Shown: positions 54,227 through 64,000 of the stretch, piece by piece | Numbering within the stretch: the stretch's first letter is position 1 | Layout: every line of letters begins with the position of its first letter | DNA from: Oopsacas minuta | Lineage: Eukaryota > Animalia > Porifera | Reading direction: 5' to 3' | Length of the DNA: 64,000 bases | Assembly: GCA_024704765.1 (NCBI GenBank) | Contig: JAKMXF010000210.1 | Coordinates: forward strand, 620,001 to 684,000 | Made by a program: the position numbers and the translations under genes | The notes under the pieces: model-generated | Told to the model about the DNA's origin: nothing | What the model saw: the letters and a program-made list of their open reading frames with translations, nothing else | The model's database searches: none

Positions 54227-55174
54227 ATGATATCTCGTGCAAAGCACAAAGTCGTTAAGAAAACTAGGTCTAAACTTTCAGGTAATTTTGAAATGAAAAC
54301 AGTTAAGAAATCTTCAGAATCAATGCCCATACACACTGATGCAGATCCTGCGGATATGCCCTTCACATCAGCCTCCAAGCGAGCCAGGACCCTCTCAAGA
54401 ATGACCAAACAGAAAAAGGCAGCGGTGACTGTTGGTCCGAGAGATTTAAATATCGCACAAGAGTCTATCTTCACAAATGATACAGTAGAAGATCTACGTA
54501 TTCCCATAGAGAAATATAATATGAGCAGTGATGAGTCTTTCCGTATTAAAATCGAGAATAACTTAGCTCAAGGGTTCGTACCAGTACATCTGTGTATTGA
54601 TGGAAATCTTAATGTAATGCCCCCTACTGGTGTTGGTATGGTGTGGAGCTCTCTGCACATTCTCTCAGACATCCTGATAGAAGATGAGATAGAGATGAGG
54701 GGGCAGAATCATACTGAAAAGGTTACATTTGAAAGGGATGCAAAAACATTTGTGAATATAGACAATCATACGATGGCATTCGAAGCGATTGCTTTGTTAA
54801 TCAGGAAGCTATTCATTGTAGAGAATCCAGCTGACTTTATATTCTACGAGCATTTACATGGAATCACTAGAAAGGTTAAAGATACGGAATTACCGCTTAT
54901 AAATATGGTGCGTTGTTCCGACAGAAGTGATTGGAAATTAATATTAAAAAGAAAACCATTTGATGATCAAATTGGCCAGTGGAGTCCCTTCACGATTCCA
55001 GAACTACGTATGTTCCTGGACATGGCAGATTTTGAGCGAGAAATGAAAGAAACAAATCTTCGCAACCTTTACGAAGAAGTTAGAATATTATTATTGGAGG
55101 AAATTGGTAGGAAAAAGCAACTGGAAGAAGAAGTATCTCTTGTAAGAATGAGGAAGAAATCTGTTCAAAGTTAG
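54227..55174 (+). CDS. RASSF: Ras-association domain family protein (RA + SARAH; RASSF1-6 type)
   Basis: TMAFEAIALLIRKLFIVENPADFIFYE (RA domain); QWSPFTIPELRMFL (SARAH). Confidence 0.8.
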   Translation: MISRAKHKVVKKTRSKLSGNFEMKTVKKSSESMPIHTDADPADMPFTSASKRARTLSRMTKQKKAAVTVGPRDLNIAQESIFTNDTVEDLRIPIEKYNMSSDESFRIKIENNLAQGFVPVHLCIDGNLNVMPPTGVGMVWSSLHILSDILIEDEIEMRGQNHTEKVTFERDAKTFVNIDNHTMAFEAIALLIRKLFIVENPADFIFYEHLHGITRKVKDTELPLINMVRCSDRSDWKLILKRKPFDDQIGQWSPFTIPELRMFLDMADFEREMKETNLRNLYEEVRILLLEEIGRKKQLEEEVSLVRMRKKSVQS

Positions 55175-55466
55175 TGGTAAGTCGCTATCTGAGTATGAAT
55201 TTGTATATATTGTATTAATTCTGTTCGCTTGCTCTTTCCCTATCTGTATGTGTATATATTAGTAATTATTAGCTGGACAGTTTTTAATAAATTGCAATTA
55301 TATAACCGTTTAAGCTCGGGGTATAATGCTAGCTCAGTTGCGAATAATTTTGTTATATTCTACTTGCTTGAACTCCATCTTCCTCCTCAAACAATTCTGG
55401 AATTTGCATCATTGAAAGCCTCTCATTAATTATTAAGCTAATTTGGTGGATTATTTGTAGACAGCT

Positions 55467-55490
55467 CTTACGTTGCCATGGAAACGTAAG
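55467..55490. promoter_or_regulatory. RFX X-box (GTTGCCATGGAAAC) within a 24-bp near-palindrome
   Basis: CTTACGTTGCCATGGAAACGTAAG; core 55472-55485 fits GTTRCCATGGNAAC; about 330 bp upstream of RBM5. Confidence 0.45.
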
Positions 55491-55811
55491 CACTATTGAA
55501 ATTGTGATTCAACTTACAACAAATTACCTTATCCCTGTGAGGGAAGGTTCCATTGTTTAATCAATTGCATCGTGAATATTTCAAACATAACTAAGCTCTA
55601 TGAAGTATCTGTTGCAGTATATGTGTGGGAATTGCTGGGGTATTATAAGGTATATTTGTGCCTACGTGCTGTGTCGTTACGCCCCTACCTGAGCTCAGTA
55701 GAGAGTAGTAGCGACTGAGGGTAGGAAAGATTGAATGGGTGAGATGGATAGTTCTTGAGAACAAACTTAACTACAAATTACATCTCAGTGCAGTATCTCT
55801 CTTGCATAAAG

Positions 55812-58306
55812 ATGACCAGAGAATCAGACTACTGGCGGTATCAAGATCATCCTTACGAGAGAGAATACGAGAGGGAGTTGAGGGAATTTGCAAATGATTC
55901 AGATTCGAAGAGAGAGGGTGGTAGAAGTCGTGCTGACGAGCGTAGAATCGAGGCTCTGGAGTTGAAGTATCGTCGGGAGCATTTGAGAGAGCGAGACACT
56001 TCTCGGAGAGAAAAGCTCCGCTACACAACCAGAAGCAGCAGGAGCAGGAGCGGGAGAGAGACTCCGGAGAGAGAGGTCAGACGAGTTAGGATTGTGGAGA
56101 GTTTGAGTCCTGAGCCCGGACTGATAGTCTCACCGGAATCAAGTCCTCACTGGAATGAGAAGTCATATTGGTCTAGATCTCACAGCAGAGAGAGAGAGGA
56201 CGCATTTTGGAGAAGGAGCAGGTCGTATTCAGAGGAAGGGAGTCCAGTTAGGAAGCGAAGGAGCAGGAGTTATTCTCGTGAGAGGAGACGAGTTTATAGT
56301 AGAAGTCCAGACCGCAAGCAGTCCAAACGTAATGACAATTGTAAGTAATATTATTTATCTATTATATAATTTGTAGATTGTTATGTTTGTTTTTTGTTCG
56401 AATTGAGAGACTTGAAATTTGGCATGTGTGTGTAATGTTATAAATATATTTATGCAAGATCTAAGATCTAAGCGATATCTCAAAAACTCTCTGAGATAGG
56501 TGTTAAAATGTATTGACCTATCAGATTTGAGTGTTACCAATTGTCCCTATCATATGATAGGCTTTAACACAGTTGAATTCGGATACAAATATTACTCAAT
56601 TGTTTTCTTAGATCGACCCAAACGTTCAGAGCATCGATCTTCAAAAAGATCCTCTCGTTCCAGGTCGAGAGAGTACAGAGAAAAGACCCCACAGCCCTCT
56701 AAAGACCCCTCCCCCTTAATCCTACTCTCCAATCTGCCCACCTCAGCTGACCGGGGAGATATCGAGGTGTCAACTCGCCCCTTCCAGACTCGCGAAATTC
56801 GCATTTTGTATGACACGGATACGAGGAAGAGTCGCGGGATGGGACTGATTGAGTTTGCTTATGAAAGTGACGCCACTGCCTGGCTGACTCAGAACAAAGA
56901 TTCCTTCTATATTTTCGGAGAGAAAATAACTGTAGAGTATACAGTACTCAAGGCTAGAGAGGGCGAATGGAAATGTGCGAAATGTAACGCTTCTAACTAT
57001 AGTCACAGATTAGTTTGTTATATATGCAGCAATCCTCTTTACGAATCTGAGGCAGTTAATCAAGGCAGTAGACCTCCTGAACTAGCACCTCCCTCTAATG
57101 TCCTCATACTACGAGGTCTTAAGTTTACAACAACTGAGGAAGTGGTTAGAGCTGCTATCTGCACTATATCAAATAACCGAGTTAAAGATATCCGTCTGAT
57201 CAGAGATAGACTTACTAAACAGTCTCGGGGGTTCTGTTTCGTAGAGTTTGTAGGAATCTCAGAGGCTACAGAGACGCTAGACACTATCTTTGGACAGGAC
57301 CCAGCCTTCTTTGTTGATGGGATAAGAACTATAGCTAATTTTGCTAGAGGAAACTTTACTTCTAACAAACCTAATCAAGCAGCTCTGTCTGCTATAGAGC
57401 AGGGGAGCTGGTCATCTGTGTCGGAGCAAGGACCAGAGGGTAAGGTAGTCACAGGTGGGAGCAAGCTAGGAGGTGAACAAGAATATTCTTCTAAACCTGT
57501 CACCTACTCGACCCCTGTCTCCAGTAGCAGTACTGAGTCTAGATACCAATACGATCCTACCTCTGGATACTACTACGATAGTGCTAGCGGTCAGTTAATG
57601 AGCTCTCTTAGTTTACTGCTTTCGATTGTAGGTTGATATTTCTGTAGGTTTGTATTACGATCCAAATTCCAAGTATCACTACGATGCTAATTCACAGAAG
57701 TTCTGCTACTACGATCCCGTACAGGGCTCTTACGTATACGTGTCTACAGCTCTACAGATTCCTACACAAACAGACACACCTGTTGTCCCTGCTCCTACTT
57801 CTGCTCCTGTAGAGACTGAGGACTCAGGTCAGCCTAAAACCAAAGATAAAAAGAAAGCTGAACTAGACAGCTTCTCTACTAGTAATACGAAGCAGGCTAG
57901 GAGGATAGCTAAAGATATGGAAAGATGGGCTCAAAAACAAAACAATACCAAATCTACAAAACCTGTAGCTGTTGTTAATCCCCAAGAAAGTGAGACTGTT
58001 CCTCCTGCTCCCCCTGTCCTGTCTGGAGATTTCACTCTAGGTCCTATCAACCTCAGCTTAGACACTCGTGCTATCCCAGAGGTAGGTATCTCCAATTATT
58101 CAAGTCAGCTGGACTTCTCTCAGCTTGGTAGCTCTGCTGCTACCAGTGCCCCTCTCTTACCGATTAATGCAGAACCTCTGTACACGGACTGGGACAGATT
58201 AGCATGTCTGCTGTGTAAGAGACAGTTCCAATCTAGAGATCAGCTGGTCAAGCACCAACAGCTGTCAGATCTCCATAAACAGAATCTGGAGAAGACGCAA
58301 TATTGA
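55812..58306 (+). CDS. RBM5: RNA-binding protein 5/10 family (RS-rich, RRM, RanBP2 ZnF, RRM, OCRE, C2H2), no G-patch, 3 exons
   Basis: Exons 55812-56340, 56612-57589, 57648-58306. [96 protein letters not shown]. Confidence 0.9.
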
Positions 58307-58518
58307 GGCGATTTCAATTGTTGTGTGACGTAAGTACTATGTCAGTGTTTTCGTATTTGTTAGTAAATCCGTATTCTAATGTCATTGTCTTGTCAGGAGT
58401 ATCATTTTACCATTATATATTACATATCATTTATTAATCCATTGAGGTGTTAGAATATGTTCCTATAGCCATTCTGACAGCTGTTGCAATAGCGTTAGTA
58501 GATTTTACTGAGTGAGCG

Positions 58519-61500
58519 ATGACTGACGTAATATTCCAAGAAATGCAAGCAACATTCATTAAAATACCGCTAACAGCTAGACCACCAACCAGAAAGAAGT
58601 TTATTAGATGTAGTAAGGATACGCTGGAGATTTTAGTCAAGCCTTCTAAAGGTGGTAAAGCTGAAGACATAATAGATATAAGAACTATTCATGAGGTGAG
58701 GAAGGGGAATGATATTCTGAGAGAAGAGAGGATTGTGGATGCCAGTGTTACTGATGCTAAAATGTGTTTTACGATTGTATATGGTTCAGAGTTTAGATTG
58801 AAATTTGGAGTCTTTATTTGCTCTAATTGGAACATTCGTGAGTTCTGGTCCGAGGGACTTTTGACTCACATGCAAACAATCGCGAAACTTGATACAAATA
58901 GTCATACTAGGATTTGGCTTATGAAGGAATTCAATGAACTGGATAGGAACCAGACCAGCACTATTGGGACTAATGATTTAAAGAAGACCTTTTTCAATAG
59001 AATTCAGCTCAAAATTCCTCGCGAAAAACAACACAAATTGATTGCAGACCTTGACACTAAGAATGTTGGTTATGTTTACTTTCCACAGTTCAGACAATTC
59101 TACCACAAAAAACTAGTATTCAACGAAGATATGATGAAGCTACTTAGTCATTGCATGTCTTTCCAGCTCAAGAATTCTTGGTATATTAGCTCTCAAGAGC
59201 TCTGTGCCTTTCTACAATCAGAACAATTCGTTCATCACATTCCTATAACCACCTTACTGGCCGAGAAAATGATCCGGCCTTATCTGCTCTCTGAGAAGCC
59301 TCTCTCCACTCCCAACTTCCCGATAGATGAATTCTTCGACTACCTCTTCTCTCGTGGGAATAGTTTATTCGATGATGAATACACCTCTAGACTCTTGGCT
59401 GCTGATCCTAACTATATGGACTACAGTATGTCTGAGTATTGGATCAATTCCTCTCATAACACCTATCTAACTGGTAACCAGTATGCATCAGAGAGTACTG
59501 TAGAGGCTTATATACGAGTAATGAGGAGCGGGTGTCGATGTATAGAGCTGGATCTCTGGGACGGAGGTCCTGATGACTTACCTTGGATCACTCATGGTCA
59601 CACCAGATGTACAAAGATAAAGTTCCGTGACATAGTAATTGCTATTCGTGAGCATGCCTTCGCTACCTCAGACTACCCCATGATATTATCACTAGAAGAG
59701 CACTGCTCTATTCCAATACAGAAGAATACTGCTTATGAGTTTAAGAAGATTTTAGGAGATCTGTTGCTTACAGAACCAGTAAAGGGCGCTACCTGCCTTC
59801 CTTCTCCCAATCAGCTGAAACGTAAAGTTATCCTAAAACACAAGAAACTCCCCGAGGGATCAGATGAGACCGTGGTCTTGACAGATACGGGAGAGGCTCA
59901 GGTCACTAAACAGCAGGACATATCCAACTCCCAGAAGAACGGATTCTTGTATCTGAAAGATCCAGGAGCTAATGTATGGACTCGTCGCTACTTTGTACTG
60001 ACAGACAAAATCCTTTCCTATTGTATAGAAGAAGATGACCAGGAACAAGACACAGAGAATGTACGGGACCACATTTATATGGAAACAGTACCTTCCCACT
60101 TAAAACATATAAATCATGTATGGTATCATGTAGTTGATAGAGATGGAGCAGTGGACAAACTGAAAGAATTTGAAGGTGGTAATGGTTCCTTCTTGGTACG
60201 TCCTAATGATAAGTATGAAGGTTATGTGTCTATATCATTTAAACATGAAAGAGAGGTTTATCACAGTCTTGTAAAACGTATACCAAGTCCTGACGGTCTG
60301 TACAACTATCAGCTGGTACATCCTATGACATTTGATGATATACCTAGTCTCGTGGATTACTACAAGTGTCACCCTTTACGAGCTTCTACCTTTGAACAAA
60401 TCTTGACTACTCCCTGTCCCTGTCCTAGCCTCAGTAACACTAACCACGAGGCTCAGCCGTGGTTCCATGCGGGTATGAAACGCTGGGAAGCTGAGAAGAT
60501 GCTGACATCTGTCCGACTAGAAGGAGCCTTTCTAGTCCGTCCCTCTGGTGAGCAGAGCACCTACACGATAACATTCAGGACTGAGAATGAGATTAAGCAT
60601 TGTAGAGTTGAGTTCAATAAAGACAGTGGTCTATACACGATAGGAACTGCTCAGTTCGAGTCTCTGAGTGAATTAGTGGTTTATTACAAGTCTCATCCTC
60701 TCTATCGTAAGATGAAACTTAAACACGCTATCAATGAGAGTATGCTCAAGAACATCGGAGTAGATGCAGAAGCCTCAGCAGAAGCTGAGTACATATCTGT
60801 TAATCCTGTGACATACAGATCTATACACGCATTCACTGCTCAGAACAAAGATGAATTGAGCTTCCCAGCTGGAGTAGAGATAACTAATGTGATAGAGCAC
60901 CAGCACACGAAGGGGTGGTTTCAGGGAGACTTTGGTGGAAAGGTTAATCTATGGTTTCCTGAAAACCACGTTAAGAGGTTCGATGCTACCACTCCTCTGA
61001 CTCCAATGGACCCACCGAAGCCTGAGCTGGATAATCAAGAGGAAACCATAAGGATCGAGAATTTGGAAGTGACTCGGGTTAGCCCACATTTAGCAGGTCG
61101 TGAGTGGGTGCTGAGACTGGTTCAAGACGTTCCAGTCGAGTACAAAACGCTAAAACCTGAATCTAGCAATGCTCTATTTGTGGGTTGTGAAAACGAAGAA
61201 GACTTCAAATCTTGGGAGTCTAAGCTTAATGAAGTGAAGAAGGAACTGACCAGAAGTCAGAGCTTGGATGCTCGTCTCCAGAAGCGGACTAGCATTGCAA
61301 GAGAGATGTCTGACTTGATCATTTACTGTAGATCTGTTCCATTCCGTGTGGAATCTATAGGGAATGGAAAGTTTAGCGAAATGTCTTCATTCCCAGAAAC
61401 CAAAGCATTTCATCACGCCCTCAATCGCGAGACAGCTCCCAAACTTGTGATTTATAACCAGCAGCAATTCAGTAGAGTATACCCCAAGGGCAGTCGTATA

Positions 61501-62286
61501 GATTCTTCCAACTACTTGCCTATTCCTCTATGGAATATGGGGTGTCAGATGGTAGCACTCAATTTTCAGACACCAGATAAAGCTATGCAAGTTAACGATG
61601 CTCGTTTTTTGGTTAACAACAAACTGGGATTCGTGTTGAAGCCTGCCTTTATGCGAATGAAAGATACCAAGTACAATCCACTAGATCCCAAGACTGTACC
61701 CACTCCCCCCACACGTATAACCATCCGTGTATTGGGTGGGAGACATCTGTTCCGAATAGGCAGAGGGTTCCCTTCCTGTCGTGTTACTGTTGAAATTGTA
61801 GGAGCAGACTATGACAATCAGTATTATATGACATCTAATATATCTGATAACTGTCTGAACCCTGTCTGGGAGTACAAGAGCTTTGAGTTCTCTGTAAAGA
61901 ACCCTGAGTGTGCTTTCCTAAGATTCGTAGTACATGATATAGACATGTTCGGAGATCCTAACCAGATAGGTCAAGCTACCTATCCATTGACTGCTATACG
62001 TCCCGGGTTTCGATCGGTACAGTTAAAAACCCCATTCTCTGAAGAGTTAGAACTCTCTTCTCTTCTTGTATATGTCATCTTAGAGAACGGCGAGAAGTCG
62101 CAGAGTGACAGTACGGAAATCAAGTCCCGCATCGACAAGCTCAAGGACGAGTTACGAGGTCTCTACTCGTCGGGAGACCTGCGCTCTGATCTAATTGAGT
62201 CCAAGAGACGGGAGCTACAGGCTGCTCAGAACCAGATGGACCGAGTCAGTCAGGAAATGAATAGAATAAATACTTTACGCAAGTAG
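58519..62286 (+). CDS. PLCG1: Phospholipase C gamma, single exon
   Basis: PH, EF, X box (YWINSSHNTYLTGNQ, GCRCIELDLWDG), split PH, two SH2, SH3, Y box (FSRVYPKGSRIDSSNY), C2. Confidence 0.95.
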   Translation: MTDVIFQEMQATFIKIPLTARPPTRKKFIRCSKDTLEILVKPSKGGKAEDIIDIRTIHEVRKGNDILREERIVDASVTDAKMCFTIVYGSEFRLKFGVFICSNWNIREFWSEGLLTHMQTIAKLDTNSHTRIWLMKEFNELDRNQTSTIGTNDLKKTFFNRIQLKIPREKQHKLIADLDTKNVGYVYFPQFRQFYHKKLVFNEDMMKLLSHCMSFQLKNSWYISSQELCAFLQSEQFVHHIPITTLLAEKMIRPYLLSEKPLSTPNFPIDEFFDYLFSRGNSLFDDEYTSRLLAADPNYMDYSMSEYWINSSHNTYLTGNQYASESTVEAYIRVMRSGCRCIELDLWDGGPDDLPWITHGHTRCTKIKFRDIVIAIREHAFATSDYPMILSLEEHCSIPIQKNTAYEFKKILGDLLLTEPVKGATCLPSPNQLKRKVILKHKKLPEGSDETVVLTDTGEAQVTKQQDISNSQKNGFLYLKDPGANVWTRRYFVLTDKILSYCIEEDDQEQDTENVRDHIYMETVPSHLKHINHVWYHVVDRDGAVDKLKEFEGGNGSFLVRPNDKYEGYVSISFKHEREVYHSLVKRIPSPDGLYNYQLVHPMTFDDIPSLVDYYKCHPLRASTFEQILTTPCPCPSLSNTNHEAQPWFHAGMKRWEAEKMLTSVRLEGAFLVRPSGEQSTYTITFRTENEIKHCRVEFNKDSGLYTIGTAQFESLSELVVYYKSHPLYRKMKLKHAINESMLKNIGVDAEASAEAEYISVNPVTYRSIHAFTAQNKDELSFPAGVEITNVIEHQHTKGWFQGDFGGKVNLWFPENHVKRFDATTPLTPMDPPKPELDNQEETIRIENLEVTRVSPHLAGREWVLRLVQDVPVEYKTLKPESSNALFVGCENEEDFKSWESKLNEVKKELTRSQSLDARLQKRTSIAREMSDLIIYCRSVPFRVESIGNGKFSEMSSFPETKAFHHALNRETAPKLVIYNQQQFSRVYPKGSRIDSSNYLPIPLWNMGCQMVALNFQTPDKAMQVNDARFLVNNKLGFVLKPAFMRMKDTKYNPLDPKTVPTPPTRITIRVLGGRHLFRIGRGFPSCRVTVEIVGADYDNQYYMTSNISDNCLNPVWEYKSFEFSVKNPECAFLRFVVHDIDMFGDPNQIGQATYPLTAIRPGFRSVQLKTPFSEELELSSLLVYVILENGEKSQSDSTEIKSRIDKLKDELRGLYSSGDLRSDLIESKRRELQAAQNQMDRVSQEMNRINTLRK

Positions 62287-62539
62287 AGATTTGTAAGTTT
62301 GTAAATTTTGTTGCTGCTTTTATTGTATGTAAATATTGATTGGATTCTTATTTTATTAGTGTATAATAAGGTGTTGATACAAGAAAGTGATTTAAATGTC
62401 TTTCTTACGTAGTTAGTGTTCTTATGATCTCGCAATCTTATGACAAACCCATCACATGATTCACGTCAATTCCTATTTGGATATAAATACTGTCGCATTC
62501 TGATTAGTTAATTTGAATCTACTTGATTATATAATTGTG

Positions 62540-64000
62540 ATGTATAAAACTACTCAAACACAGTCTGAGACTAATGCTAAGTTGGAAGTGATGATAGATC
62601 TGGAGAGTTTGGTTAGGCCAGTAGGTTCAGAGCCCCAGAAAGGATTCTCTGTAGCAGAGTATGAAATAGCTCCTCATAAGATGATAGCTGACCTGGTAAC
62701 ACTGATTTACCAGAGAGAAGGTCTCGGCATTCAAACCCCTCTATGTCAGCAACAAACACACAATTCGAAGACCAAGAGGAGGCCTTCTCTAGTCATGGCT
62801 AACTCTGTTAAAGAGTATGGAATATTTGAAGTATTCCGAGGTAAGTGGCAATCTAACGGGACTGAAATCAGAGAGCTGCTAGCAGGAGACAACAATCCAC
62901 TCATCGTGTTTGGACGGAAACTACGCATAACTAGTGTAAGATATCTAGACAGCAGTATGAAGACTCTACTGATTGATCATAGTAGCTCTGTAAGGGGAGT
63001 GGTTAGGGACATCTGCTCTATTGTTGGTATGGAGAATCCTGAAGAGGTAGGATTGATAGTGGCAGCAGACTACTCTACAACATCAGGACATCATCCAGCT
63101 ATAATTCCTCAAATAGAATCTGATACTTCTAAGAAAGGCACTTTCACAAACCTGTCAGCTGCTAAGAAGCTAGCTTCTGTGACAAATGCTAGCCTTAGTC
63201 CTGCTCAGAAGAGACGGTACATCAGTAAAACTATTGGTAAGGCAGCAGCTGACTCTAGACGTGCTAAGAGGAAGGAAGGTCGTAAGAAGAAGAAACAAAT
63301 TAGCAAGAAGAGACAGCTCAGGTTGGATACTCCATGGTTAGACCTGAATCTCAGTCTTCCAGAGCAGGACGTGTTGGAGAATGATCAGCTGATCCTAATG
63401 CATCGCTATTTCTACAACATGCAGCTGGAGAGCGGGTCTAAGCGAGCAGAACTTCTCTTCTCACAATGCAAGGCTAAGTTCCTAGCCGGAGAGTTGTTCT
63501 GCTCTCAGGAAGATTGTCATAGATTCGCAGCTCTCCTCTGTCAGATATCTTTTGGAGACCACCATCAGGATTCTCATACGGAGAGTTGGCTTATTAGTGT
63601 AAAGAAGTCTGTTCTCCCTCCCAAATTCAAAGCTAAGACTCTTTGTAAATCAATCCTCCTTCTCTACCAAGCTCTGAGAGGAATAGCGTTTGAGCAATGT
63701 CAGCTGATTATGCTCAAGCTCTGGAGCTCTATGCCTCTATTTGGATATGAATTCTTCTCTGGAACTAATTTGGATAGCAAGAAGAAATGTTTGCTCGGTG
63801 TATCCAAACAATTCGTCTTATACTCAGAGCAAGGAGAGACTTCTTTCTCCAGAACTCTACGCCTAGACTCTCTCACTTCTTGGGACTTTGAGAAGACTTC
63901 GGACTCTCTATCCTTGGTATTTCCTTCAGAATGCTTTAATATTTATCTACCAGATTACTCCGGGATAGTAGCAGATACTATCTGTTCCCATCTAGAACAT
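62540..64000 (+). CDS. Talin-like FERM head (F0-F3); ORF runs off the window end and is absent from the ORF track
   Basis: Open frame from ATG 62540 to 64000. RKLRITSVRYLDSSMKTLLIDHS (cf. talin RPLKIRMLDGTVKTIMVDDS), WLDLNLSLPEQDV, HRYFY, FAALLCQISFG, LWSSMPLFGYEFF. Confidence 0.7.
   Translation, partial: MYKTTQTQSETNAKLEVMIDLESLVRPVGSEPQKGFSVAEYEIAPHKMIADLVTLIYQREGLGIQTPLCQQQTHNSKTKRRPSLVMANSVKEYGIFEVFRGKWQSNGTEIRELLAGDNNPLIVFGRKLRITSVRYLDSSMKTLLIDHSSSVRGVVRDICSIVGMENPEEVGLIVAADYSTTSGHHPAIIPQIESDTSKKGTFTNLSAAKKLASVTNASLSPAQKRRYISKTIGKAAADSRRAKRKEGRKKKKQISKKRQLRLDTPWLDLNLSLPEQDVLENDQLILMHRYFYNMQLESGSKRAELLFSQCKAKFLAGELFCSQEDCHRFAALLCQISFGDHHQDSHTESWLISVKKSVLPPKFKAKTLCKSILLLYQALRGIAFEQCQLIMLKLWSSMPLFGYEFFSGTNLDSKKKCLLGVSKQFVLYSEQGETSFSRTLRLDSLTSWDFEKTSDSLSLVFPSECFNIYLPDYSGIVADTICSHLEH

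Noticed and set aside
55325-55400. tRNA A-box-like TAGCTCAGTTG
   Set aside because: No B-box (GTTCGA) and no cloverleaf downstream.
55600-55730. Candidate spliced-leader RNA gene
   Set aside because: A donor-like site and hairpin are present but there is no clear Sm-binding site; a 5'UTR intron of RBM5 is simpler.
58304-58306. TGA read-through or selenocysteine restoring the RBM5 C-terminus
   Set aside because: Downstream sequence, spliced or unspliced, encodes nothing RBM5-like and soon hits another stop.
11448-62928. Many short antisense or alternate-frame ORFs in the track (e.g. 11786-11992, 16110-16631, 29593-29925, 41483-41884, 54187-54507, 62746-62928)
   Set aside because: They overlap confident genes and show no motifs of their own, unlike the HIGD and copine nested genes, which lie in introns and match families.

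Overview
Eukaryotic, AT-rich and very gene-dense animal DNA with about 30 genes and mostly 50-70 nt GT-AG introns. No prokaryotic features, tRNA, rRNA or CRISPR were found. The compactness, nested genes and splice-acceptor-like sites just before start codons resemble what is reported for glass sponge (Hexactinellida) genomes; this taxon assignment is inference only. Left to right: an iPGM gene (+) apparently inside an intron of TEP1 (-). Then 14 co-directional + genes at 7.7-35 kb: an IPT/REJ/GPS/EGF/TM/MYND receptor, RNF32, MPC2, LDHD, a PH-PDZ adaptor, RRP9, VAP, a 76-aa ORF, brambleberry, an orphan, lamin, a triple-PH protein, DNM1L and an ankyrin TRP-like channel. Then a - strand trio (GFOD, TRMT5, ORC4), AFF4/lilliputian, a TM2-domain protein and EFCAB2. 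Next is an 11-exon gene I reconstructed in frame as kinesin motor + coiled coil + DEP + ankyrin repeats (about 1069 aa), carrying two antisense nested genes (HIGD, copine-type vWA). The window ends with two dispanin/CD225 genes, RASSF, RBM5/10 lacking a G-patch, PLCG1 and a talin-like FERM ORF running off the end. Best candidates for novelty are the kinesin-DEP-ankyrin gene, the REJ-GPS-EGF-MYND receptor, the HIGD gene filling a 395-nt intron, and the operon/trans-splicing-like layout. All family calls are by eye from motifs; no database searches were run.
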